Shown: in pieces, positions 47,977 to 57,644 of the stretch
Position numbering within the stretch: position 1 is the first letter of the stretch
Layout: each line of letters begins with the position of its first letter
NCBI GenBank assembly: GCA_018780035.1
Contig: JADMKE010000003.1
Coordinates: 338,753 to 402,752 of the forward strand
DNA: 64,000 bases
Origin: Candidatus Sericytochromatia bacterium
Lineage (GTDB): Bacteria; Cyanobacteriota; Sericytochromatia; UBA7694
Direction of reading: 5' to 3'
Position numbers and translations under genes: made by a program
The notes under the pieces: generated by a model
Databases searched by the model: none
Told to the model about the DNA's origin: nothing
The model's input: the letters and a program-made list of their open reading frames with translations, nothing else

Positions 47977-50010
47977 TTATTTTAAGGTGAACTTCGACAG
48001 AAAGAATTCACCATCTGTATTGGAGCCATCTTGTTTGCCCATCGCATCTTGAACGCTGACCCGATCTTCGGGAGCATCAACCCATTTGCCGGCCAAAGAG
48101 CTATCCAAAACGCGCCCCTGGGGCAAATCCTGCAGGGCAATGCCTGAAATATCTCCCAAGGTGGGAGTATAGTCTTCTAAAGGATTGGTGGCATCATACC
48201 AATAACCTTGATAGCGCTTGTGATTCATTGAGCCTGTATAGACCTGTCCCCCAACATAAAGGGTATTGCCCAAAAGAGCCATTCCTTTGCTGCGGTGTTC
48301 GGCCAATTCGTCAGGCCCTTTGCCAGAGAAATGAAACATCCCCCAATCAAATTTGCCATCAGATGCACTGAGTTTCATAAACAGGGCATCTCCCATCTGA
48401 CCGTCATATTCCGATTGCCCGGTACGGCCACCGGCATAAACAGTCTCCCCAATTACCTTGATAAAATTGCTGTTGTTTTTATCTCCTTGATTGCCGGGAT
48501 AGGTTTTGCCCCACATCACTTGCCCTTCTGCACTGACCTTGGCAATAGAGTGGAAGGTAATAGCCCCTCTGCGATCCAAAGAGAGGTAGACATCCCCTTT
48601 GCTATCGACATCCAAGCCATAGACATTGCTGCCCACGCCCATATCCACTTTTTTCAACCAATTGATCTGGGGAGCATCACTTTGTACATCACTCAATCGG
48701 GCCAAGAAACCCCGGCCATTGGAGAGCCCACCCAGATACAAATTGCCTTTGCCATCACTTTTGATCGCATATCCCCGGTCAATCGATCCTGGAACAGGAT
48801 CAAAGGCTTTTTGGTATTTTAACGATCCATCAGCGACATTTAAGGCCAAAAGGGAGACCAGTCCATCTGCTTTAGCGACAGGATCCCCTGTTTGCCCGGT
48901 AACATAGACGTGTTTCTCATCCACAGCCAACCCATAAGCTGTTGAACTGGTCACCGCTGTGGTGGTATTTTGGGCACAGTGCCAAATTTTGCCCCACACC
49001 AATTCTCCACTGCTGGGATTGACTTTGAGAATCAAGTTATAAAAGAAATTATTCTGTTTCACAGAAGCGGCGGATCCCATGATATACAACATCCCGTCGG
49101 GCCCCAGCGCCATCGAATGCTGGTTTCCACCTGTTTCGTTGTTTTGACCTGGGTCTGGCTGAAATTCTTTGTTGGGACCATTGAAAATTTTTAGCCAGCG
49201 TTTGCTGCCATCTCCGCCCAAAGATCCCACCAGGATATCTTCTGAGAATTTATCCAAAATTTCTTTTTGGTTGGCCGAGAAATAGAGATTGCCCTTGTCA
49301 TCTCCCAAGAGGGTGGAAGTCAACTCATCTTTAACTGACCCCACCACCTTGAAGAAATCCAGATTGCCTTTGCTAAACAATTGGCCATCCGGCCGCCCTT
49401 TGCCAACGAGATTTAATACGAACTTTTTACCCCCATCGTGGGTAACCACCACTTGGGCTTTGCGCTCGCCGCCTGCAACTGGATAAAAACGGAAATAGAC
49501 ATCCAAGGCCGTTGCCGCAGGCAAGACGGTGTCTTTGATCTCCAATTTGCGATTGGGGTTTTCATCGGTTCGCCAGCCAATGGGCGTGTCTTGCAGAATA
49601 AATTCTTCGGCCACCACATCGCCCATACCTACCAATTCCACCGACTCAATTTGAATGTCTTTGTCTGAGGGGTTGTCGATGGTAAACCGCTCACGGAATT
49701 CAGAAAAGAGTGCCACAGCGCCAGCCGTGGGTGAGTTATCTGGGATCAGATATGTATCCCCATTTTTATAAGCTGTTCCTGCATGGGTCGCCGTGATAGG
49801 AGAATCTGCACTCGGTTGTACAACCGCAGTGTTGCCAGAAGTGTTGCCAGATGTGCTGCCAGTCCCAGTTGTGCTACCTGTGGATGGTTTTTGGGGTTGG
49901 TTACCCGTGTCTACTGTAGCTGGGCTACAGCCCAATGAAGAGGCCAAGAGTGAAAGACCCATTGCTGCGCTCAGGACACGAAATTGCTTTTTCATGAATG
50001 ATATCCTCAA
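47977..50010 (-). CDS. Lipoprotein with beta-propeller (SBBP-type) repeats
   Basis: 677 aa. Lipobox LLASSLGCSP followed by a Gly/Thr/Ser-rich linker. Repeated propeller-blade signatures GNLYLGG, GDVYLSL, GETVYAGG, GNTLYVGG, DGMLYIMG. Confidence 0.6.
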   Translation of the reverse strand: MRISFMKKQFRVLSAAMGLSLLASSLGCSPATVDTGNQPQKPSTGSTTGTGSTSGNTSGNTAVVQPSADSPITATHAGTAYKNGDTYLIPDNSPTAGAVALFSEFRERFTIDNPSDKDIQIESVELVGMGDVVAEEFILQDTPIGWRTDENPNRKLEIKDTVLPAATALDVYFRFYPVAGGERKAQVVVTHDGGKKFVLNLVGKGRPDGQLFSKGNLDFFKVVGSVKDELTSTLLGDDKGNLYFSANQKEILDKFSEDILVGSLGGDGSKRWLKIFNGPNKEFQPDPGQNNETGGNQHSMALGPDGMLYIMGSAASVKQNNFFYNLILKVNPSSGELVWGKIWHCAQNTTTAVTSSTAYGLAVDEKHVYVTGQTGDPVAKADGLVSLLALNVADGSLKYQKAFDPVPGSIDRGYAIKSDGKGNLYLGGLSNGRGFLARLSDVQSDAPQINWLKKVDMGVGSNVYGLDVDSKGDVYLSLDRRGAITFHSIAKVSAEGQVMWGKTYPGNQGDKNNSNFIKVIGETVYAGGRTGQSEYDGQMGDALFMKLSASDGKFDWGMFHFSGKGPDELAEHRSKGMALLGNTLYVGGQVYTGSMNHKRYQGYWYDATNPLEDYTPTLGDISGIALQDLPQGRVLDSSLAGKWVDAPEDRVSVQDAMGKQDGSNTDGEFFLSKFTLK

Positions 50011-50172
50011 TATCTGTGATTATTTTGTTGAGATTTTGATCTCAGATAGGATACGAGATAATCTCAACTATTTTCACAAAAAATATCTCAGAATTTTTTC
50101 ATTGAAGTTTGAAGCAAATCGATGATTTCAGCATGCCCCTGCTGCTCTCCCCTGCTCAGATTTCAGCCTGTC

Positions 50173-51516
50173 TTACCAATCTATGGCTTGGTAGTTTTTA
50201 AGCAACTTGCCCCACACAGGAAATCCTGCGAGGCTATCCAAAATAGGCGCGCAAATGCGTGATGCAGCATCTTCCAGCGCCAATGGGGGAATCTGGTGGG
50301 GCATTTTGCCGGTCTGGGCCTGTTTGGCCGCATGTTGATCGGAGGAGACCCAACCCGGATCCACGGCATTCATGAGTATTTTGTCTTGGGCATATGCTGT
50401 GGCAGCGGTGCGGGTCAACATATTCAGACCTGCTTTGGCGGCATTGGTGTGGACATGTTTGCTCTGTTTGAGGGGGTCTGAAAACTGGCCTTCGATCGCT
50501 GTGACATTGACAATCCAGCGCCATTCAAAAGGAGAGCGCAGCATCAGCCCTTTGAGCTGAGAGCAGAGCATCATCGGGGCGATTTGGTTGATCACCTGCA
50601 CTTCGAGCATTTCGCGGGCGGGGATCTGATCCAATTCGAGCTGCCAACTGTTGTGATCCGCTGAAACAGGGCTGGGCAAGGGCTGAAGGGTTGTCCAATT
50701 AGGATCTTGATCTGCGGTTTTGAGCAAAGCACGATGATGAGGCATATCAGCCAAGAGTCCCAAAGCGCCGACTTCACCCTGCAGTTGGTTCTCTTTCGCC
50801 ATGAGGGCCTGGTAATAGGCGGGCGGTTGCCAGAGTGTTAACGCGGCATTGTTGATTAAAATATCCAAATGGGGCAAGGTTTGATACAGTTCCGCAATGG
50901 TTGCCTCTAAGGCGCCTAAATTGAGCAGATCCAAACCCACAATCTTTAAGCGCGTTTGCCATTGGGCAAAATCGGGTTCTAAGGCAAAGGCGTGTGCGGC
51001 TTGGGCCGGAAAGCGGGTCGTCACCCAGACCTGTGCTTGGCTGCGCAAAAGCCGCAGGGCAGTGGCATAGCCAATTTTGATGCGGCCCCCTGTTACCAAT
51101 GCAATGCGCCCGGATAAGTCCAGGTTGTGATTGCGGTGTTGGCGATTGAGATCCGCGCAATCCGGGCAGAGGCGGTGATAATAGCTGTCCACTTGGTGGT
51201 ATTTTTCTTTGCAGCTATAACAGTATTTGCCCTGAAAAAGCTGTGTTTCTGAAGGCACAGAAGCGCTTGAAGGCATTTCGGCTTGCACCCGCTCTGTTGC
51301 GGCCAGCAATTGCAAGTCATGGTCTTGGCGCGCTTGCAATTGGATTTTGCGCTTGTGTTTGCGTGCGGCTTTGTAAATGCCTGAAACCAGGGTTTTAAAG
51401 GCCTCTAAATCCGGCACCTGGTCGGGTTCAAGGGCTGCGTGTTGCAAGACATTTAAACAGCTGTGCCAGTCTGCTTCGCTAAAGGGGTAGGGCCAATCTT
51501 GGGGAGGTTTATTCAT
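50173..51516 (-). CDS. SDR-family oxidoreductase with N-terminal extension containing a Cys4 zinc-ribbon-like motif
   Basis: Rossmann IALVTGGRIKIGYATALRLL, NNAA motif, and a Y..K catalytic pair candidate. The N-terminal ~130 aa include CYSCKEKYHQVDSYYHRLCPDC. Confidence 0.7.
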   Translation of the reverse strand: MNKPPQDWPYPFSEADWHSCLNVLQHAALEPDQVPDLEAFKTLVSGIYKAARKHKRKIQLQARQDHDLQLLAATERVQAEMPSSASVPSETQLFQGKYCYSCKEKYHQVDSYYHRLCPDCADLNRQHRNHNLDLSGRIALVTGGRIKIGYATALRLLRSQAQVWVTTRFPAQAAHAFALEPDFAQWQTRLKIVGLDLLNLGALEATIAELYQTLPHLDILINNAALTLWQPPAYYQALMAKENQLQGEVGALGLLADMPHHRALLKTADQDPNWTTLQPLPSPVSADHNSWQLELDQIPAREMLEVQVINQIAPMMLCSQLKGLMLRSPFEWRWIVNVTAIEGQFSDPLKQSKHVHTNAAKAGLNMLTRTAATAYAQDKILMNAVDPGWVSSDQHAAKQAQTGKMPHQIPPLALEDAASRICAPILDSLAGFPVWGKLLKNYQAIDW

Positions 51517-51531
51517 GCAGAGATCTTAACA

Positions 51532-51606
51532 AAAATGCAGCCGGACTTGAACCGGCAACCCCCTTATTGGTGACAAGGTGCTCTTCCAAAGTTGAGCTAT
51601 GCACTT
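51532..51606 (-). tRNA. tRNA with atypical anticodon loop (UCACCAA; nominal anticodon ACC, Gly-like), possibly variant or pseudo-tRNA
   Basis: Folded by hand on the minus strand. Acceptor AAGUGCA/UGCAUUU with one G-U pair. D arm GCUC-AACUUUGGAA-GAGC. Anticodon stem CCUUG/UAAGG. T arm GCCGG-UUCAAGU-CCGGC. Discriminator U and no encoded CCA. Position 33 is C, not the near-universal U. Confidence 0.55.
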
Positions 51607-51649
51607 CCATGTTAATTGTACCATTGACCTTGAGAACAAATAGGTTCAA

Positions 51650-51723
51650 AAAACGCAGCCGGACTCGAACCGGCAACTTACGGCTTTGCAGGCCGTTGTT
51701 CTTCCTGTTTGAACTATGCGCTT
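51650..51723 (-). tRNA. tRNA-Cys (anticodon GCA)
   Basis: Folded by hand. Acceptor AAGCGCA/UGCGUUU. D arm GUUC-AAACAGGAA-GAAC. Anticodon stem-loop ACGGC-CUGCAAA-GCCGU. T arm GCCGG-UUCGAGU-CCGGC. Discriminator U73, as expected for Cys. Confidence 0.8.
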
Positions 51724-51772
51724 TCTAGCCAAATTTTACCATGGGGCTTGTGCAGAAGAACTCAAAAACACT

Positions 51773-53575
51773 ATGATTCTGTTTATTTGCAGGTGTTTTA
51801 TGGACTATCCAGCGGCAAAATTATTACTCAAAAATCCCGCCCAAGAACTGGGCCTTGAACAACTTCAAGCCATTCAGCAGGAACTGCTGACTTTTAAACT
51901 TCTGAACGCCACAGATCAAGAGACAATTATTCAATCCGAAGCCCGAAAACTTCACGAAAATTCACTGCTTGCGTATTTTCCTGCGTTTTTTCAGGCCAAT
52001 ATGACAAAGCTCTATGCTCATTTAGACAAGCTTGAACAAGTTGAAAACAAAAAAAGAGTGGCCTTGCTGAAGCTCTGGTGGGGTACAGAAAAACCATCAA
52101 ACAAAAAAGTGAAAGCTTTAAAACAGGCCTTTCACACCTGTTTGATTCAACAGGTTTCCCTCAAAAAAGGAGAAGAATTGCAGTCTGTCTTAAGCCTGAT
52201 CCTCTCTGAATTTTCAAACAAAGATTTAGCTGAACACGAAGAACTCTGGTTGGATTTGTATGCGCAATCAGACAAGTCTGGAGACCTCAGAAACAGCTCT
52301 CCTGTCTTTCAATTTTTAATCGCCATTGCTTCAGAACGCGCACTCAAACCTGTTTTCGAGCACTATTTTGAACATCCAGATCCCCAGTGCAGACAGATGT
52401 TTTTCTATCGATACAACTATTTAGACCCTATTGCTACTTTTTTCTTGGATAAAATCAAACTACAGCCCAAGCTCAGCCTGATTCAAGAATACGCCCAATT
52501 TTTTGCGTATTCAGAACTATGCTATCCCCTCTATGATTTTTTGGTTAAATGGGCTCAAGCTCTGCCGGAATCTGACTTAGAGCCAGAGCCAATTCAAATC
52601 TTGGCTTTTTTTGTGAAGAAAGCCCCTGATTCACATCTGTTAAAATTGGAGCCGCTCTGGCAGCGCTGGTGTAAGTCACAACTATTTGAGCTGTTTAGCT
52701 TGGCATCCAAAGCGCTTTTGCGATTTAAATCCCCCGAAAATGTGGCGGTTTTAACTGAACGCCTGTTTCATCCAGCCATTAGCAAACGAAAACTGCGCTT
52801 TCTGTTAAACGCCTTGGCCCAACAGGATCCCTTTCAAGATCGGCAAATTTGGCTGGAGTCCTATCTCAGTGTGCAACCCCTTCTTAAAGACTCTGCTTAT
52901 CTACAATTGCTGACCATGACTTATCCTGGGGACACATGGGACTATCGCAGCGGAAAAAAACGAAGAACTAACGATCCCGCCTTTTGGCGGCAATTGTGGC
53001 TGGAGGGCGATACCCGTGCCTTGCGGCTCAATGGAGCGTGTCAATTATTATTGGCAGAACCAGACAATGCAGAGGTGCAGACATGGATGCTCCAGCAAAT
53101 GGAAACCCTGCCCTTAAAAAGCCTGTATAAAGTGTGGGCGTGTTTCCAGAGCGGCTGCGCTGAAGATTTTCAACGTGACCTGGCGCTTAAACACATAAAT
53201 TCTTCCCGGCAAGTGTTGAGAGAATTGGCCTTAAAACAATTTAAACGCCTGAAGTGGGGGGAAAGTGAACTTGCGGTCATTCAAGCGGCTTTGGCCGATC
53301 AGGCCCTGCCAGTTCAAATCTCAGCTGCAAAAGTTTTGGCCCAGAAAGCCCGGGAGCAGAAAGATCCGGCCCAGGCTGGCCCGCTTTTGACTGAATGGCT
53401 CAGGCAAACACTGAATGGCAATCATGACTATGCCAAAGAAGAATCCCTTAAAATCGTCGGCCATTTAAATCTTTCTTATTTATGGCCAGAAATACAAACC
53501 CTTGATGGCAAGGTCAGTCCCCGCTTACAAAGAGCAATAGAGAAAGCAAAAGCAAAGCTCTTAGCCGCTCAGTGA
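51773..53575 (+). CDS. Alpha-helical (HEAT/ARM-like) repeat hypothetical protein
   Basis: The track ORF begins at 51716, but that overlaps tRNA-Cys on the opposite strand. ATG at 51773 (MILFI...) or 51800 (MDYPAAK...) is more likely. Helical throughout, with HEAT-like units near the C-terminus. Confidence 0.4.
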   Translation: MILFICRCFMDYPAAKLLLKNPAQELGLEQLQAIQQELLTFKLLNATDQETIIQSEARKLHENSLLAYFPAFFQANMTKLYAHLDKLEQVENKKRVALLKLWWGTEKPSNKKVKALKQAFHTCLIQQVSLKKGEELQSVLSLILSEFSNKDLAEHEELWLDLYAQSDKSGDLRNSSPVFQFLIAIASERALKPVFEHYFEHPDPQCRQMFFYRYNYLDPIATFFLDKIKLQPKLSLIQEYAQFFAYSELCYPLYDFLVKWAQALPESDLEPEPIQILAFFVKKAPDSHLLKLEPLWQRWCKSQLFELFSLASKALLRFKSPENVAVLTERLFHPAISKRKLRFLLNALAQQDPFQDRQIWLESYLSVQPLLKDSAYLQLLTMTYPGDTWDYRSGKKRRTNDPAFWRQLWLEGDTRALRLNGACQLLLAEPDNAEVQTWMLQQMETLPLKSLYKVWACFQSGCAEDFQRDLALKHINSSRQVLRELALKQFKRLKWGESELAVIQAALADQALPVQISAAKVLAQKAREQKDPAQAGPLLTEWLRQTLNGNHDYAKEESLKIVGHLNLSYLWPEIQTLDGKVSPRLQRAIEKAKAKLLAAQ

Positions 53576-53669
53576 AAGGTCTTGCGCGGAATTGGGAGCT
53601 GCCCAGCAAGCCCTAACTTTGCCTGTGGTATAATGCCCAGCAAATCCATGCACAAGGACACCTACCCGC

Positions 53670-54305
53670 ATGATCGAACTGAGAACGTTTACATATATCG
53701 ACATTTTGCAGCCCCAGGTCGCCGCTTTCCAGGCCACCGTCTCTCAGGGCTATCTGCCCATTGAAGGGCAGGCCTCCCTCTTTATTGAAATCGGGCCAGG
53801 GATTGAAATCAACCGCCTGACCGATGTGATTCTCAAACGCACCCGGGTCAAACCAGGCATGCAGGTTGTGGAACGCCAATTTGGTATCCTCGAAGTCCAC
53901 GATTTTGACCAAGCCGAAGTGCGCTCTGCTGGCGACATCGTGCTCGAAGAGCTGGGCATGGATATCAACCAACGGATCAAACCCACCATCACCACCAATC
54001 AGATGATCACCGGCATTGACCCCCACCACTCGATGCTGATCAACCGCATGCGCCATGGGGATATGATCAAAGCCGGTGAAACCCTCTACGTACTCGAAAC
54101 CTATCCCGCTGGTTATGCTCTGCTGGCCGCCAACGAAGCCGAAAAAGCCGCTCCGCTGAAGATTCTCGAAATCCGTGCTGTCGGTGCCTTTGGTCGCCTG
54201 CACTTGGCCGGTGGCGAAGATGAAATCAAAGAAGCTGTTAAAGCCATGACATATACGCTCGAAAAAATGGAGGGCCGAGTGGATAACTCGTCGGGAGACG
54301 CGTGA
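53670..54305 (+). CDS. Tandem BMC-domain protein (BMC-T-like bacterial microcompartment shell protein homolog)
   Basis: 211 aa = two ~95-aa halves. Each matches the BMC-domain consensus (cf. PduA ...[42 protein letters not shown]...). Half 1: LTDVILKRTRVK...GILEVHDFDQAEVRSAGD. Half 2: TLYVLETY...ALLAANEAEKAAPLKILEIRAVGAFGRLHLAGGEDEIKEAVKA. Its stop overlaps the GTG start of HMG-CoA reductase (GTGA). Confidence 0.6.
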   Translation: MIELRTFTYIDILQPQVAAFQATVSQGYLPIEGQASLFIEIGPGIEINRLTDVILKRTRVKPGMQVVERQFGILEVHDFDQAEVRSAGDIVLEELGMDINQRIKPTITTNQMITGIDPHHSMLINRMRHGDMIKAGETLYVLETYPAGYALLAANEAEKAAPLKILEIRAVGAFGRLHLAGGEDEIKEAVKAMTYTLEKMEGRVDNSSGDA

Positions 54306-55597
54306 AAACATCTCGCATACCCGGTTTTTATCTGCTCTCGATTGAGCAGCGGATCGAAAAACTGGCGGAAGTCTACGAACTGGGTGTGGAAGAAGTCGAA
54401 GCCCTCAGTTCCCAAGGGGCCTTGGCCCTGGAACAAGCAGATAAAATGATTGAAAACGCCGTGGGCATTTATTCTTTGCCCATGGGTGTGGGCGCCAATT
54501 TTTTGATCAATGACAAAGAATATTTGGTGCCGATGGCGATTGAAGAGCCTTCTGTTGTCGCCGCTGCCAGTTTTGCCGCCAAGATCATTCGCTGTGCAGG
54601 GGGCTTTAAAACCACCAGCACAGAACCCCTGATGATTGGTCAGATTCAGGTCGTGCATTGTGAAGACTTTGAGGCTGCGGGGGCTGCTGTTCTGGCGGCC
54701 AAAGACGAACTCATCGCCGAAGGCAATCAGTATGTCGCCAATTTGGTCACGCGCGGCGGCGGTGTGAAAGACATCGAAGTGCGTCAGCTCGGCAGCCCTG
54801 AATCGCCGTATGGTCAAATGCTGGTGGTCCACGTTTTAATCGACACCTGTGACGCCATGGGTGCCAATTTGATCAATACCACCGCAGAGGGCTTGGCTCC
54901 CAGCATTGAAAAACTCACAGGTGGTCGGGTTTATCTGCGCATTCTCTCCAATTTGGCCGACCGCCGTTTGGCCAAAGCCACGGTCGAAATCCCACCCCAT
55001 TGTTTTAATACCTCCAAGCTCAACGGCGAAGACGTGATTGAAGGCATTGTGCAGGCCCAGAACTTTGCTGTGCTCGATCCTTACCGGGCCGTCACCCACA
55101 ACAAAGGTGTGATGAACGGCGTTGATGCCGTGATCATGGCCACAGGCAACGATTGGCGTTCGGTTGAAGCGGCTGCCCATGCTTATGCGGCCCGTTCAGG
55201 CCAATACCGTGCCATGACCGAGTGGTACCGCAACGAAGCGGGTAATTTGGTAGGAGAATTGGAATTGCCGATGGCAGTGGGCATTGTCGGGGCTGCGGTT
55301 TCGCTGCACCCGATGTCCCAGATTGCACTCAAATTCTTGCGCGTGCGCAGTGCCCGTGAATTGGCTGAGGTCTGTGTCTGTGTCGGGTTGGCTCAAAACT
55401 TATCTGCGATTCGGGCCTTGGCCACCGATGGTATTCAAAAAGGCCACATGGCCCTGCATGCCCGCACAGTGGCCATGACAGCCGGCGCCACTGGTGATAT
55501 GATCGACGACTTGGCGGCTCAATTGGTGAGCTTAAAAGACGTCTCTGTCAGCCGCGCTCGCCAAATTTTGGAAGAGCAAACCGCACCCACGCCATGA
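54302..55597 (+). CDS. mvaA: Hydroxymethylglutaryl-CoA reductase, class II
   Basis: 431 aa. The whole N-terminus aligns to Pseudomonas mevalonii class II HMGR (ENAVGIYSLPMGVGANFLINDKEYLVPMAIEEPSVVAAASFAAKI vs [45 protein letters not shown]). GTG start. Confidence 0.9.
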   Translation: MKTSRIPGFYLLSIEQRIEKLAEVYELGVEEVEALSSQGALALEQADKMIENAVGIYSLPMGVGANFLINDKEYLVPMAIEEPSVVAAASFAAKIIRCAGGFKTTSTEPLMIGQIQVVHCEDFEAAGAAVLAAKDELIAEGNQYVANLVTRGGGVKDIEVRQLGSPESPYGQMLVVHVLIDTCDAMGANLINTTAEGLAPSIEKLTGGRVYLRILSNLADRRLAKATVEIPPHCFNTSKLNGEDVIEGIVQAQNFAVLDPYRAVTHNKGVMNGVDAVIMATGNDWRSVEAAAHAYAARSGQYRAMTEWYRNEAGNLVGELELPMAVGIVGAAVSLHPMSQIALKFLRVRSARELAEVCVCVGLAQNLSAIRALATDGIQKGHMALHARTVAMTAGATGDMIDDLAAQLVSLKDVSVSRARQILEEQTAPTP

Positions 55598-55607
55598 GAT
55601 CTGAGTT

Positions 55608-56558
55608 ATGGCTATAGGACAAGCCTGTGCCAAGCTGATTCTCTTGGGGGAACACGCGGTGGTTCACCACATGCCTGCCTTGGCTTTGCCTTTGCCTCAG
55701 CTTCAGGCCCAGGTCTGGATTGAAACTTCAGAATCACCCGGTGTGCTGATCGAAGCACCCGATTTGCCTGCACTCTGGGAATTGCCTGAAGCGCCTCTTG
55801 CTTCTCCCGATCCCCTGATTGAAACCCTGGTGCGGGCCTTGGCAGAATACGGTGCGACTTGGCCCGATTGCACCCTGCGCATCGAAAGCCAAATTCCTGT
55901 GGCCCGAGGTCTTGGCAGTGGTACTGCTGTCACTGCCGCGCTTTGGCGGGCTCTCAGTTCCTGGTTGAACCACTTCCCCAGCCCAGAACAGACCCTGGAT
56001 TTTGTTTCAGGCATCGACCAAATTTACCACGGACGCCCCAGTGGCATCGACGCACAGGTGATCGTGCGCGAAACGCCGCTCTGGTTCCACCGCAGCCAAG
56101 GGGTGAGGGCCTTGCCCTTGCCACAGCCCTTACATTTGCTTGTGGCGGATACAGGGCTGGCTGCCGTAACCCGCACCCAGGTTGAAATAGTCGCAGATTG
56201 TTTAAATGCAGAACCTGAAAAAGCCCAAACTTGGATCCGCGAAATTGGCGATTTGGTGCAGCGGGCCGAAAGCTGTTTGGCACTTAACCAAATTGAACCC
56301 CTGGGGGTTTTGCTCAACCGCAACCACGAATTATTGATTCAATTGGGGGTATCTCACCCCCAATTAAACACCCTCTGCTCAGCCGCCCGTCAAGCGGGGG
56401 CTCTCGGCGCCAAGCTCTCTGGGGCTGGCGGAGGCGGAGTGATGGTGGCCCTGAGTGAAAAAGCCCAAAGCCCAAGCGTCAAAAAGGCGCTGGAACAGGC
56501 TGGGGCAACCCAGGTTTTTGAAATAGACATTCCCGCAACGGAGGTTTCCCATGACTGA
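55608..56558 (+). CDS. mvk: Mevalonate kinase (GHMP kinase family)
   Basis: 316 aa. KLILLGEHAVV near the N-terminus and the GHMP ATP-binding motif PVARGLGSGTAVTAAL. Confidence 0.85.
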   Translation: MAIGQACAKLILLGEHAVVHHMPALALPLPQLQAQVWIETSESPGVLIEAPDLPALWELPEAPLASPDPLIETLVRALAEYGATWPDCTLRIESQIPVARGLGSGTAVTAALWRALSSWLNHFPSPEQTLDFVSGIDQIYHGRPSGIDAQVIVRETPLWFHRSQGVRALPLPQPLHLLVADTGLAAVTRTQVEIVADCLNAEPEKAQTWIREIGDLVQRAESCLALNQIEPLGVLLNRNHELLIQLGVSHPQLNTLCSAARQAGALGAKLSGAGGGGVMVALSEKAQSPSVKKALEQAGATQVFEIDIPATEVSHD

Positions 56559-57576
56559 TCATGGCATAAGTCAGCGAAAATTGGACCATATCGCCCTGGC
56601 ACTGGGCTCCCGCTCTCAATTCACCCAACCCACGGGTTTTGAACAATTGCATTTTGTCCACCAGGGGTTGCCCGAGGTCAGTTTGGAAGAAATTGACCTC
56701 TCCTGTGAATTTCTGGGAAAAAAACTGGCGGCCCCACTTTTGATTGCCAGTATGACCGGCGGGCCGATTCAGGGGGGGCGAATCAATCACTATTTGGCCC
56801 AGGCCGCACAAAACACTGGGATTGGCATGGGGGTGGGTTCACAAAGGATCATGTTTTTGGACCCCGCGTCTCACGCCAGTTTTGATCTGCGCAAATACGC
56901 CCCGGATATTTTGCTCCTGGCCAATCTCGGCGCCGTGCAGTTGAATTTTGGTTTTGACGAAAATCATTGTCGCCAAGCTGTCGAGATGATTGGGGCCGAC
57001 GCCCTGTATTTACACCTGAATCCCCTGCAAGAGGCCATTCAGCCCGAAGGAGACACCCATTTTAAAGATCTCTGGCCCAAAATTGCCCATTTGGTACAGG
57101 TGCTGACTTTTCCTTTGCTCTTAAAAGAATGTGGCTGTGGTCTGTCGGGAGAATTGGCGAAAAAAGCCGCTGAAGTGGGCATTGCAGCCTTAGAGGTCAG
57201 TGGCGCAGGCGGCACTTCTTGGGCGCTGATCGAATCCCAACGCAGCACAGATCCATTGCGCCGCCAATTGGGAGAGACCTTTGCCAATTGGGGTATTCCC
57301 ACCCCCCTTTCGTTGCAATTCTGCCGTCAAGCGGCTCCCAAAATGCCCCTGATTGCCTCAGGCGGCATCCGCTCAGGCTTGGATGCCGCCAAAGCTCTGG
57401 CCATGGGTGCACAAATGGTGAGTGTGGCCCATCCATTTTTGCAGGCGGCGACAGAATCTCCCGAAGCTCTCTCAGCCCGGATTCAGCTCTTTTTGATGGA
57501 ATTGCGGGTGGCCATGTTTTGTGTCGGAGCCAAGAATTTGGATGAGTTGCGGGGGAAAGAGCTGATTCGGTTTTAG
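56551..57576 (+). CDS. fni: Type 2 isopentenyl-diphosphate delta-isomerase (FMN-dependent)
   Basis: 341 aa. RKLDHIALAL, APLLIASMTGG, GMGVGSQR, LEVSGAGGTSWA and IASGGIRSGLDAAKALAMGA are IDI-2 signatures. 8-nt overlap with mvk. Confidence 0.85.
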   Translation: MTDHGISQRKLDHIALALGSRSQFTQPTGFEQLHFVHQGLPEVSLEEIDLSCEFLGKKLAAPLLIASMTGGPIQGGRINHYLAQAAQNTGIGMGVGSQRIMFLDPASHASFDLRKYAPDILLLANLGAVQLNFGFDENHCRQAVEMIGADALYLHLNPLQEAIQPEGDTHFKDLWPKIAHLVQVLTFPLLLKECGCGLSGELAKKAAEVGIAALEVSGAGGTSWALIESQRSTDPLRRQLGETFANWGIPTPLSLQFCRQAAPKMPLIASGGIRSGLDAAKALAMGAQMVSVAHPFLQAATESPEALSARIQLFLMELRVAMFCVGAKNLDELRGKELIRF

Positions 57577-57644
57577 GATTCAGGAGATAGTATTCGGCCA
57601 TATAATTTGGGCATTGGGGGCTTTCCCTGTAAAATTGAGGAGCA

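Noticed and set aside
53613-54311. 232-aa minus-strand ORF overlapping the BMC-domain gene
   Set aside because: It is antisense to an ORF with clear BMC-domain consensus matches and has no recognisable features. Treated as an artefact.
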